Under the pieces are notes generated by a model. It had not been told where the DNA came from and searched no databases. It worked only from the letters and a program-made list of their open reading frames with translations. The translations under genes and the position numbers were made by a program. A stretch of DNA of 64,000 bases, from assembly GCA_964344485.1 (NCBI GenBank), contig CAYFNF010000002.1:176273-240272 (forward strand), given 5' to 3'. Source of the stretch: an uncultured Gammaproteobacteria bacterium (GTDB lineage: Bacteria; Patescibacteriota; Patescibacteriia; UBA9570; XYC2-FULL-38-9). Numbering within the stretch: position 1 is the stretch's first letter; each line of letters starts with the position of its first letter. Of this stretch, positions 41,041-51,573 are shown one piece after another.

Positions 41041-41586
41041 TTATATTTTTTTCACTTGTAATGAATCTAATTCAATAGGTGTCTCGCGTCCGAACATGGA
41101 TACCATCACCTTAATCTTGCCGCGACCGCTGTCAACTTCTGCGACCTTGCCTTCCAATTCTTTAAACGGTCCGTCCACAATACGAACTGTCTCTCCGATC
41201 TCTACATCGATAGTGTACGTTGGCTCTTCAATACCCATTCGACGCTGTAGAGATTTCATTTCAGACTCATCAATTGGGGTAGGTGTGGTTCCAGTACCAA
41301 TGAAACCTGTTACATTTGGTGTATTTCGGACTACATACCACGAATCGTCTGTTACCACCATATTCACTAAGACATATCCGGGAAAAATCTTCTCTTCAAC
41401 TACTTTTCGTTTTCCATTTTTAATCTTAATTTTCTTCTCTTTTGGCACGAGTACATCAAAAATCTTGTCATCCATGTCTAATGACTCAATACGTTGTCGC
41501 AAGTTATGCGCCACGTTCTCCTCATATCCGGAGTAGGTATGAATCACATACCACCGCCTTCCATGTCGAGCTGTTTGTTTTGGCAT
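41041..41586 (-). CDS. nusG: Transcription termination/antitermination factor NusG
   Basis: NGN domain (WYVIHTYSGYE) and C-terminal KOW motif (GETVRIVDGPFKELEGKV). Confidence 0.95.
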   Translation of the reverse strand: MPKQTARHGRRWYVIHTYSGYEENVAHNLRQRIESLDMDDKIFDVLVPKEKKIKIKNGKRKVVEEKIFPGYVLVNMVVTDDSWYVVRNTPNVTGFIGTGTTPTPIDESEMKSLQRRMGIEEPTYTIDVEIGETVRIVDGPFKELEGKVAEVDSGRGKIKVMVSMFGRETPIELDSLQVKKI

Positions 41587-41591
41587 ATTCG

Positions 41592-41783
41592 TTAGACAAT
41601 TATTTCAATTATTTCATTCATGATGTAGTCTAATGACCCCAGAAATATTGCGAATCCGAGACTAAACCAAATAACAATCCAGGACTTTCTCCATGTCTCT
41701 TTTTTTGTTGGCCATGTGACCTTTTTTACCTCTGTATACGCACCTTTTAAGTACGTAGTAAGCGGATTTCCTTTGTTTTCCAT
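41592..41783 (-). CDS. secE: Preprotein translocase subunit SecE
   Basis: 63-aa single-TM protein upstream of nusG (the secE-nusG-rplK-rplA synteny). The sequence VKKVTWPTKKET is SecE-like. Confidence 0.85.
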   Translation of the reverse strand: MENKGNPLTTYLKGAYTEVKKVTWPTKKETWRKSWIVIWFSLGFAIFLGSLDYIMNEIIEIIV

Positions 41784-41837
41784 ATGTTTTTTTGTGTAGT
41801 AATCGATTCAAAAAACCCCTGCCGGGATTCGAACTGT

Positions 41838-41866
41838 ACTATAGCGGCATTCCATTTTATTGTCAA
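41838..41866 (-). promoter_or_regulatory. Near-consensus sigma70-like promoter for the secE-nusG-rplKA operon
   Basis: The minus strand reads TTGACA-ataaaatggaatgccgc (17 nt)-TATAGT, about 50 nt upstream of the secE ATG. Confidence 0.65.
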
Positions 41867-41952
41867 CTACTCATACTGAATACTATTGACAGAAACAGTA
41901 GCTATGGTACGAAACAATAGTTCAGCAGGTTGTGATGTGCTAGCAGCGTCAT

Positions 41953-42046
41953 TGGTGGATCCGCGGCAACCTACAAACGGGACTCATAGTGGCACGGATA
42001 ATGCCCCGAGGCTCAGGCCGAGCTCTACCCGACTCCGTACGGATCC
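41953..42046 (-). ncRNA. GC-rich tRNA-like structured element (94 nt) ending in ACCA; cloverleaf not fully resolved
   Basis: The minus strand reads GGAUCCG-UA-CGGAGUCGGGUAGAGCUCGG…CGGAUCC-A-CCA. There is a perfect 7-bp terminal helix with discriminator A and 3' CCA, a U8, and a D-loop-like AGUCGGGUAGAGC segment. GC is about 60% in a 42% GC background. It lies in the glpK/secE intergenic region, where bacteria commonly carry a tRNA gene. No canonical T-arm or anticodon arm was found by eye. Confidence 0.3.
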
Positions 42047-42085
42047 CACCAAACACCTCTCGCCTCATAACTTGCTGGACATTTT

Positions 42086-43543
42086 TTATTTGCTGCACTT
42101 AGCTTGAGTCACGGCATTCTGCCAACCATCGATCAGTTCTTTTCTTTTCGCAGTATCTATGGATGGAGTAAACATTCTTTCGTGCTGCTGTTTTTGCGTG
42201 AGTGTAGCCAATGAATCCCAAAAACCACTATGCAACCCCGCAAGCATTGCTGCGCCACGAACAGTGGTTTCGATATCCTTTGGTCGAGTCACTGTCCGGT
42301 GCAGAATATCAGCTTGAAACTGTAGTAAAAAGTCATCACGCGCTGCCCCGCCGTCAACAAATATAGTACGCAGTGAACTCCCTGAGTCTTTCTCCATTGC
42401 ACGCACTAAATCATGCACTTGATATGCCGTAGATTCTACTGCGGCACGAATGATGTGCTTCTTGTTTGCGCCACGTGTCAATCCAGTAAGCACTCCACGC
42501 GCGTCTGGCTCCCAATGCGGAGCTCCAAGCCCTGTAAATGCAGGTATGAAATAGACGCCATTTGTATCCGGGACGGATGCGGCTATAATGCCGCTCTGTT
42601 TTGAATCGTCAATCATCTCGAGCTCATCTCGTAACCACTGCACTACAGCACCACCAACAAATACCGAACCTTCAAACGCATACACCGGTTTTCCGTTTGC
42701 ATCTGGTGTCAACGTGGTAATCAATCCATTCTTTGAACGTAAAAACTTCTTTCCGATATTCATGAGTAGAAAACATCCAGTTCCGTACGTATTCTTTGCG
42801 TCTCCTTTACGCACCGCTCCCTGACCAAAAAGCGCTGCTTGCTGGTCTCCGGCCACTCCTGTAATGGGAATACCTTGATACTCACCGAAAAGATCTTGTG
42901 ATTGTCTCACTTCAGGCATCATGTGCTCAGGAATATTGAACAAGTTCATCAATTTACTATCCCACTGATGAGAGCGAATATTGTAGCACATGGTCCTTGA
43001 AGCATTGGTGAAATCCGTTACATGCTCAGCTCCTTGCGTCATGTTCCAAATCAACCAACTATCGATGGTGCCGAATAACAAATCACTCGTGCTGCCGGAG
43101 TAGTTACGTAACAACCACTGAATCTTTGTCCCAGAAAGATATGGATCGATTGGTAGCCCAGTTTTATTTCTGATTTCATTTTCATTTCCGGCGTTTTTCA
43201 GTCGATCACATAGATCAGCAGTTCGTCGACACTGCCAGACGATCGCATTATGAATCGGCTGCCCAGTCTTCTTATCCCACACTACTGCAGTTTCTCGTTG
43301 ATTCGTAATACCAATTGCTGCAACTGATTCTTCTTTTTCTCGAAGCACTCTATTGAGCAGCTTCTGAGTTACTGCCCATATCTCTTGGGCATCGTGCTCC
43401 ACCCAACCTGGCTGTGGATAGTGCTGAGTGAACTCCTGCTGTGCTTTCTGTATAACGGAAAGATTCTTATCATAACAGACTACTCGCACACTCGTGGTAC
43501 CAGCATCTATTGCAATGATATACTTTTTCTTTCTCATGGGCAT
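42086..43543 (-). CDS. glpK: Glycerol kinase
   Basis: FGGY-family motifs (YIIAIDAGTTSVR…, …GGGAARDDFLLQFQADI). The likely start is the Met at 43543 or 43537; the track ORF extends to 43633. Confidence 0.9.
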   Translation of the reverse strand: MPMRKKKYIIAIDAGTTSVRVVCYDKNLSVIQKAQQEFTQHYPQPGWVEHDAQEIWAVTQKLLNRVLREKEESVAAIGITNQRETAVVWDKKTGQPIHNAIVWQCRRTADLCDRLKNAGNENEIRNKTGLPIDPYLSGTKIQWLLRNYSGSTSDLLFGTIDSWLIWNMTQGAEHVTDFTNASRTMCYNIRSHQWDSKLMNLFNIPEHMMPEVRQSQDLFGEYQGIPITGVAGDQQAALFGQGAVRKGDAKNTYGTGCFLLMNIGKKFLRSKNGLITTLTPDANGKPVYAFEGSVFVGGAVVQWLRDELEMIDDSKQSGIIAASVPDTNGVYFIPAFTGLGAPHWEPDARGVLTGLTRGANKKHIIRAAVESTAYQVHDLVRAMEKDSGSSLRTIFVDGGAARDDFLLQFQADILHRTVTRPKDIETTVRGAAMLAGLHSGFWDSLATLTQKQQHERMFTPSIDTAKRKELIDGWQNAVTQAKCSK

Positions 43544-44094
43544 TACCACGGTGAATCTTTTATCTTTAACCAGTATCCGATGTGATTCACTAAAATATGA
43601 AAGAAAATTCCAATTGAGATAATCAACACCCACATTAATAATGTGATGTCGAAGAATAGCATTGCTACTACTGTGGAGCCAACGAGAAAATCTATCTGAT
43701 CGAAGGGAAACCAGGTTTTTCCAGGCGCAACAGCGATGCGTCGCTTAAAAAATGATTTAATAAGATCTCCCAAGAGCGCTCCAGCTGCAAATACGAAACC
43801 AAACCACACCGGTACTTCCGTAATATCAAACGGTGTCCATGAAACAGTTTGTGGATAGATGACTGCTGCTCCGTATTGTACAATAAATAACAAGCCACCC
43901 ATGATAGTACCAACAATTAGCCCTCTCCATGTTTTATGAGCTCCAAAGAGCGGCTGCTTGGCAAACGTTGCGCCACCGTCAACTGGTTTCGCTAAAAAGT
44001 GCAGCGTATCTTTAAATAACACTGGAGACATATTCGCTAAACCAGTTGGGAGATAGAAGTAAAAAAGTTTTGCAATGAGAATAAAAACAAACAT
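43543..44094 (-). CDS. Small polytopic membrane protein, CTP-transferase-like (CdsA/CarS-related)
   Basis: Five to six TM helices. The GAHKTWRG and KRRIAVAPGKTWFPFDQIDFL blocks resemble cytidylyltransferase-family signatures. It sits next to glpK, consistent with glycerolipid metabolism. Confidence 0.4.
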   Translation of the reverse strand: MFVFILIAKLFYFYLPTGLANMSPVLFKDTLHFLAKPVDGGATFAKQPLFGAHKTWRGLIVGTIMGGLLFIVQYGAAVIYPQTVSWTPFDITEVPVWFGFVFAAGALLGDLIKSFFKRRIAVAPGKTWFPFDQIDFLVGSTVVAMLFFDITLLMWVLIISIGIFFHILVNHIGYWLKIKDSPW

Positions 44095-44124
44095 ACGATT
44101 AGTTACAGTATAACAGATTCTATC

Positions 44125-44146
44125 AAAAAAAGGGTGTACACACCCC
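44125..44146 (-). terminator. Rho-independent terminator after gyrB
   Basis: The minus strand has a GGGTGTGTACACCC palindrome followed by TTTTTTT. Confidence 0.55.
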
Positions 44147-44167
44147 TTTTAGATAACTTTCTGAATG

Positions 44168-46264
<2,097 letters not shown>

Positions 46265-46275
46265 TTACCCGACTC

Positions 46276-46304
46276 ATTGTATCACATTTTTTCAAGAGTG
46301 ACAA
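46276..46304 (-). promoter_or_regulatory. Sigma70-like promoter with extended -10 for gyrB
   Basis: The minus strand reads TTGTCA-17 nt-TACAAT with TGa immediately upstream of the -10 (TGaTACAAT), about 25 nt from the ATG. Confidence 0.5.
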
Positions 46305-46350
46305 GCAAAAAAACATGCATTTTCTTTGCTAATATTAGCTCAAAAAATAC

Positions 46351-48735
46351 TTATTTCTCCCGCAATTCTGCGGATAATTTCTTTGCGAGTTTTTTTACTA
46401 AATCATCGCGCCATTTCTCGATCTCTGCCATCTCTAACGTGCGATCAAATGACTGTAATACCAGATGGAATGCAACACTTTTTGTGCCTTGCTCAATTCC
46501 CTTTCCTCGATAGACATCAAACACCTCAATAGACTGGAGCATCTCTTTTGCGTGCGATTGTACAACTCGGTTAATATCTTCCCATTGAACGGATTCAGGA
46601 ACGATTATCGATAGATCTAACGGAATCTCTGGATACGGGGAGATGGGCTTCATTGGTTCTGCTAACGAATGTACTTTTAATAAACTAGCAACCGAAAGTG
46701 CAGCGAAGCCAACTCCGGACTTAATCTTCATCTGTTGTAATACTTCGTTATCAATCACTCCTACTGTTCCGAGCATCTGATCGCTACTAGATAACAATAG
46801 AGCGTGATCATCTTGATACATGCCCCAGTACTCACACGGGACGCTCTTCTTAGACACAGAAGTATCAACGTCAATATGCAGAGCGTGCATAAGACTCTCT
46901 ACGATTCCACGAATTGCACGAAACGGATCATCGTCTCCGAATGTTAGAATCCCACACTGACGTACTTCTCTATCAGAAAAATAGACATGACCAATTTCAA
47001 ATAAGGAAAACTGATTGCGGTGGTGTTGATTTAATTGAACGTTTTCTACCATGCGCGGCAACACCGATGTACGAAGATATCGAAGATCATCTGATAAAGG
47101 GTTCAATATCTCAATATGCTCCTTATCGGGCAATAACCCAATTTTGCTCATCAATTCCTCACCGTAAAAAGAGTAGTTATACACTTCTACACACCGACGC
47201 AGTCGTAGCTCCTCTCGAATCTTCCCGACTAATGGTAAGTCCTGCTCTTGATCCGGCACTTCTAGCTCTCCACTTACTTTCTGCTCGGGTAAATTATTCA
47301 CTCCATACAACCGAATAATCTCCTCGATGAAGTCTTCTTGAATTCCAAGATCCATTCGATACCACGGAGGTGTTACCTGAAATACCGTATCTTTTGCTTT
47401 ATTCATCTTCACCTCGCATCCAAGACGCTGCAAAATGTCTTTCACGGTCTTATTCGGCAGAGGCATTCCTGCTAACCGATTAATATGCAAAGCATGTAGA
47501 CTGACTGCCTCTGGCTTTGTATTGTTCTCAGGATACTCTTCTTTCTTTGCAATAACTTTTGCATCTGCATACTGTTCTAGCAATTCAACTGCTCTCATTG
47601 CTGCGTATTCAGCGAGCTCAGGAGGCACACCTTTCTCCCAGCGAATAACACCCTCTGTACGCGTTGCCAGCTTCTGTGCGGTCTTCCGGACTTGGATGGG
47701 TTCAAAATTCGCAGCTTCTAGTAGAATCCTCTTTGTCTCTTTAGTGACACTAGTTTCAATATCGCCAATGACTCCAGCAATTGCTACTGGCTTAGTCTTA
47801 TCAGCAATAACCAGCATGCTATCATCTAAAAGCTTTTTATCGTTATCTAGCGTGGTAATCACTTCACCTTTTTTTGCCCTTCGAACTACAATCTGCTCGC
47901 CGTCTAGTTTGTCCAAATCAAATGCATGCAGCGGCTCTCCCATTTCGAGCATGACGTAATTCGTGATATCAACAACGTTATTGATAGTCTTTACTCCGCA
48001 CGCTCGTAATCGCCGCAGAATGAAATCTGGCGAATCCTCCACTGTGACTTCAATCTCTGTTCCAATATACCGTGGGCAAAGATCATGGTCTTGTATTTTA
48101 ACGTTTACATCTCCGTCAGATACCGTGTTTGTCTTGTACTCTGGAAGCTGTGCTTGGATGCTAAATACTGCCGCGATCTCTTGAGCCATATTGTTATGAC
48201 AGAACAAGTCCGAACGATGCGTCATAGACTTATTATCAATATCGATTAACACCTGACCGGCCCCTAGAATATCCTGAATTGGAGTGCCATTCTTTTCATT
48301 TGCATCAAACGTATGCACATCATCTTGTTTATCTAGAATCCCTAATTCCGAGTTCAGACAACACATGCCTTGTGACTCTTCACCTCGTAACTTCACTTTT
48401 TTAATCTTTACACCGCCGGGCAAAGTTGTCGGTGCTAAAGCAATAGGAATCTTTTGACCTACTTCTAGCTCTGCGACGCCTCCAAAAATGATCTGTCGCG
48501 GAGCCTTTTCTCCAACATCGAACTTTCCGATATGCAATGAGTCTGCTTTAGGATGGCCTTGTACTTCAAGCAGCTCCCCTACTACCACATCTTCCATTGA
48601 CTGAGAGCTGTCAATAATCTCCTCAACTTCAACAGAATGGGATGTCATGGTCTCTAAAATCTCCTCAGGGCTCGGAATTTCAGGAAGTAACTCTTTTAAC
48701 CACTCGTAAGAAAAAATCATATTAAAACTGCTCAA
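46351..48735 (-). CDS. pheT: Phenylalanyl-tRNA synthetase beta subunit
   Basis: 794 aa with tRNA-binding, B3/B4, B5 and FDX-ACB-like regions. Overlaps pheS by 14 nt. Confidence 0.9.
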   Translation of the reverse strand: MSSFNMIFSYEWLKELLPEIPSPEEILETMTSHSVEVEEIIDSSQSMEDVVVGELLEVQGHPKADSLHIGKFDVGEKAPRQIIFGGVAELEVGQKIPIALAPTTLPGGVKIKKVKLRGEESQGMCCLNSELGILDKQDDVHTFDANEKNGTPIQDILGAGQVLIDIDNKSMTHRSDLFCHNNMAQEIAAVFSIQAQLPEYKTNTVSDGDVNVKIQDHDLCPRYIGTEIEVTVEDSPDFILRRLRACGVKTINNVVDITNYVMLEMGEPLHAFDLDKLDGEQIVVRRAKKGEVITTLDNDKKLLDDSMLVIADKTKPVAIAGVIGDIETSVTKETKRILLEAANFEPIQVRKTAQKLATRTEGVIRWEKGVPPELAEYAAMRAVELLEQYADAKVIAKKEEYPENNTKPEAVSLHALHINRLAGMPLPNKTVKDILQRLGCEVKMNKAKDTVFQVTPPWYRMDLGIQEDFIEEIIRLYGVNNLPEQKVSGELEVPDQEQDLPLVGKIREELRLRRCVEVYNYSFYGEELMSKIGLLPDKEHIEILNPLSDDLRYLRTSVLPRMVENVQLNQHHRNQFSLFEIGHVYFSDREVRQCGILTFGDDDPFRAIRGIVESLMHALHIDVDTSVSKKSVPCEYWGMYQDDHALLLSSSDQMLGTVGVIDNEVLQQMKIKSGVGFAALSVASLLKVHSLAEPMKPISPYPEIPLDLSIIVPESVQWEDINRVVQSHAKEMLQSIEVFDVYRGKGIEQGTKSVAFHLVLQSFDRTLEMAEIEKWRDDLVKKLAKKLSAELREK

Positions 48736-49777
48736 GGAATCTTATATCGTTCTGTAAAAACATGCGGATATCTGGAATGTGATGTTTTAGCATTGTGAGT
48801 CGGTCGTAACCCATGCCAAATGCAAATCCGGTGTATTTCCCAGGCTCATACCCTGCTGCTTCTAGTACTCGCGGATGAATCATTCCTGAGCCTCCGATCT
48901 CAATCCATCCGGTTTTCTTGCAGATCGGACACCCTTTTTGATTGCAGAACACACAGGAGATGTCTGGCTCGTAACTCGGCTCTGTAAAAGGAAAGTATCC
49001 TGGGCGTAATCGCACCTTCACATCCTCATGAAAAAACTGCTTGAACGTTTCCCTCATGGTCCATACTAGCTGACCGACAGAAACGTCTGTATCCACTACA
49101 AACGCTTCTAATTGATGAAATGTATGTTCATGGGACGCGTCAGTGGCTTCATTGCGGAACGACCGGCCTGGAATCACGCAGCGGAGTGGTGGTTCATACT
49201 GCTCCATGACTCTCACCTGCATATTAGAGGTATGCGTTCTCATGACCCAGTCATCATGCTCAAACTTACGATCGTTTTTTCTCTCAATTGCAGATTTGAT
49301 GAAGAATGTATCCTGTATGTCTCTGGCTGGATGCCCTGGAGGAAAATTCAACGCTTCAAAGTTGTAAAAGTCGTTATCCAGCTCCGGTCCTTCAAACACC
49401 ATGTAACCCATAGAACGGAAAATCTCAACCAATTCATTTCGTGTTTGAGTCAATGGATGCAGATGCCCGGTATGAACTGGAATTCCTGGCAATGTAATAT
49501 CTGATTGTGGAGCTTGTGATTCTGATGCATCTGAAGTAATGGATGCACGCACTTCTTCAAGTGCTTCTTGCATGTGCTCACGCAATTCGTTTGCTTTTGG
49601 ACCGATTTCACGCTTTGCTTCGTCTGACAGTGTTTTTAACGACTTCAGAACCATGGTGAGCTTCCCATTTTTCCTACCTAAAAACTGTACGCGTAACTGC
49701 TCGAGTTCTTCGCTATTTCGTATCTCTTTAATAGCGTCTTGAAAATCCTTTTTTACTTGGTCTATCTCTTTTTTCAT
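48722..49777 (-). CDS. pheS: Phenylalanyl-tRNA synthetase alpha subunit
   Basis: Class II core motifs (…FRNE…, GFAFGMGYDRL). Confidence 0.95.
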   Translation of the reverse strand: MKKEIDQVKKDFQDAIKEIRNSEELEQLRVQFLGRKNGKLTMVLKSLKTLSDEAKREIGPKANELREHMQEALEEVRASITSDASESQAPQSDITLPGIPVHTGHLHPLTQTRNELVEIFRSMGYMVFEGPELDNDFYNFEALNFPPGHPARDIQDTFFIKSAIERKNDRKFEHDDWVMRTHTSNMQVRVMEQYEPPLRCVIPGRSFRNEATDASHEHTFHQLEAFVVDTDVSVGQLVWTMRETFKQFFHEDVKVRLRPGYFPFTEPSYEPDISCVFCNQKGCPICKKTGWIEIGGSGMIHPRVLEAAGYEPGKYTGFAFGMGYDRLTMLKHHIPDIRMFLQNDIRFLEQF

Positions 49778-50190
49778 TTTGACTTATTTAGCTTTCTTCG
49801 CTTCTGAATTCGAGATTCAATCGAGCGTGCGAGAAAAAAACCTTCTAATATGGTCAATCCTGCAACTAAGAACAACGCCATCCACCATATCAGTAACGAT
49901 TGGCTCACCAGGAATAGTGTTAAACAGATCAGAATAGCAAACCATAGTGCTTGTCGCAGAGAGATTCCAATATGTCGAAATGGTACAGTATTGCGCTTAA
50001 AAAGCAACCGAATGAAGAAACCAAGTAAACTGATAGAGCCCCAGAGTGCAAAAAATAGCGCGATAAAAAACAGTCCGAGCCCGATCACCCCTCCGTCACT
50101 AGGATCAATACGAAACAGTACTACTGCAAAACACCCCCAGCAGATGATAGTGGTGAATGCCATTGTTATTAAATACCTCCGTAATGTCAT
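49774..50190 (-). CDS. Small hypothetical 4-TM membrane protein, translationally coupled to pheS
   Basis: 138-aa ORF with an ATGA overlap onto the pheS start. Confidence 0.45.
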   Translation of the reverse strand: MTLRRYLITMAFTTIICWGCFAVVLFRIDPSDGGVIGLGLFFIALFFALWGSISLLGFFIRLLFKRNTVPFRHIGISLRQALWFAILICLTLFLVSQSLLIWWMALFLVAGLTILEGFFLARSIESRIQKRRKLNKSK

Positions 50191-50261
50191 ATCAGACGCT
50201 GCTTTAACACTACAAAATTATACACGTGTGGACACGTCGCACATAGTATAACATTTTTTAG

Positions 50262-50298
50262 AAAAAAAAACAGCCTCGCTGTCACGCTGATGTGACAG
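50262..50298 (-). terminator. Intrinsic terminator at the 3' end of the GC-rich foreign gene
   Basis: The minus strand reads CTGTCAC-atcagc-GTGACAG followed by CGAGGCTG-TTTTTTTTT, 25 nt after the stop codon. Confidence 0.7.
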
Positions 50299-50322
50299 GG
50301 GCCTTGTAGCGATTGTTGCGTC

Positions 50323-51573
50323 TCAGTCCTCCACCTCCGGGAGGTCCGGCATCCAGCCTTCTGCTTGGCACTGCCCGAACTCGAACGGGATGCCCGTGTC
50401 CAGGCACTGGAGCTCGCCCATGCAGTGACGGTCGTACATGCAGGGCTGCCCGCGCGCGACCTTGCCGTGCACCCCGTGGCGATCGTAGAAGTCCTTCTCG
50501 AACGCCGGGGTCTGGTGGTACCGATGCTGGTTCCACCGGATCCAGAGCTCGTGGTCTCGACCGACCGGTGGGGCCTTGAGCCACTTGCGGTACGGCTGAC
50601 CCGGGACGTGCTCCGTCAGGTAGCGAGCGAGCTGCTCGCCGCTGTCCACCGCGTACTCCACGTACTCGTCGCCGTCGGCGTCGAGCACCAGTACAGGTGG
50701 CGGTGGCAGCTCCGTGTCCTCGGTGAGCACCAGGATCTCGTCCTCGGGCGCGACGTAGAAGTAACCGGAGTAGAAGAAGTCACCTCGTTCCACGGTGTAC
50801 GGCGGACCGAAGCCCTTGTTGAACTGCCGTAGTGCCTTCTTCTTGCCCGGGCTTCTCGCCGGACCGTCCAGGACCAGGTCGTCCCCGATCCGGACGCCGC
50901 GGAGCACCTGGGGCTTGGGCATGGTCTGCACGCGCCGCAGGTCCTCGGTCCGGACCTCGAGGTCGTTCGAGATGTCGGTCAGGTACTCGGAGCCCCACGG
51001 CTGTCCGTCGAAGACCCACAGGTCGGTGCCGAGTTCGCGCGGGATCCATGCGTTCGAGACCGGGTCGGCCTCCACGGGCTGCGGGAAGACATTCTCGGGC
51101 GGGGAGCCCAGCACCAGTTCCTCGGGCGGCACGTACGGGACGCGCATGTGAGTGCCCGGGATGGTGAGTCCACCACAGCTTGCGGGTCGACGGTCGTCGA
51201 GCTCCCGGACCACGTGACCGAACCGGTTGACCAGGTAGCCCGGGACCGGATCGTTGTCCGGACCAGCGTCGTGGAAGCACGGGTGGTGGTGCTCGTGGTG
51301 ATCCTGCTGCCAGACGCAGTGGCCCCACTCGATGCGGATCGAGCGGCCTTCGGGCAGGGTCTCGAGGCAGTAGCCCGAGCGGCACTGGCTGTCCACCTGA
51401 CACTGTGCTCCGATGGCCAGGTTGTGGGTGGTGCCGATCGCCGCGTCCCGGGTGTAGCCCTCGTACCGGTAGCCGTCCCAGGACCGTTCGCGGATGTGCA
51501 CGGACATCGAAGCCGCGCATCCACAGATGCAGAGCATCAACGCAACGCTCGCGAGTGCGTAAGTCTTACGCAT
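50323..51573 (-). CDS. Compositionally foreign (about 66% GC) secreted protein. Signal peptide, two terminal 4-Cys knots, a His-rich patch and an acidic Pro-rich core. No family recognised.
   Basis: The ATG at 51573 is preceded by GGAGGTGGAGGAGGA with a 6-nt spacer. The N-terminus MRKTYALASVALMLCICGCAAS is signal-peptide-like. Cys patterns are QC-x5-C-x4-C-x15-C near the N-terminus and PC-x5-C-x5-C-x11-C at the C-terminus. It also has HHEHHH and PPPPVLVLDADGDEY segments. The track's 434-aa version begins at an upstream non-ATG codon. Confidence 0.7.
   Translation of the reverse strand: MRKTYALASVALMLCICGCAASMSVHIRERSWDGYRYEGYTRDAAIGTTHNLAIGAQCQVDSQCRSGYCLETLPEGRSIRIEWGHCVWQQDHHEHHHPCFHDAGPDNDPVPGYLVNRFGHVVRELDDRRPASCGGLTIPGTHMRVPYVPPEELVLGSPPENVFPQPVEADPVSNAWIPRELGTDLWVFDGQPWGSEYLTDISNDLEVRTEDLRRVQTMPKPQVLRGVRIGDDLVLDGPARSPGKKKALRQFNKGFGPPYTVERGDFFYSGYFYVAPEDEILVLTEDTELPPPPVLVLDADGDEYVEYAVDSGEQLARYLTEHVPGQPYRKWLKAPPVGRDHELWIRWNQHRYHQTPAFEKDFYDRHGVHGKVARGQPCMYDRHCMGELQCLDTGIPFEFGQCQAEGWMPDLPEVED

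Noticed and set aside
41953-42046. Cluster of 6-bp restriction-site palindromes (2x GGATCC, CCGCGG, GAGCTC, CGTACG) in the tRNA-like element, suggesting vector or polylinker contamination
   Set aside because: The palindromes are the paired arms of the RNA-like helices. GC-rich stems frequently coincide with such sites, and the flanks are ordinary chromosomal genes.
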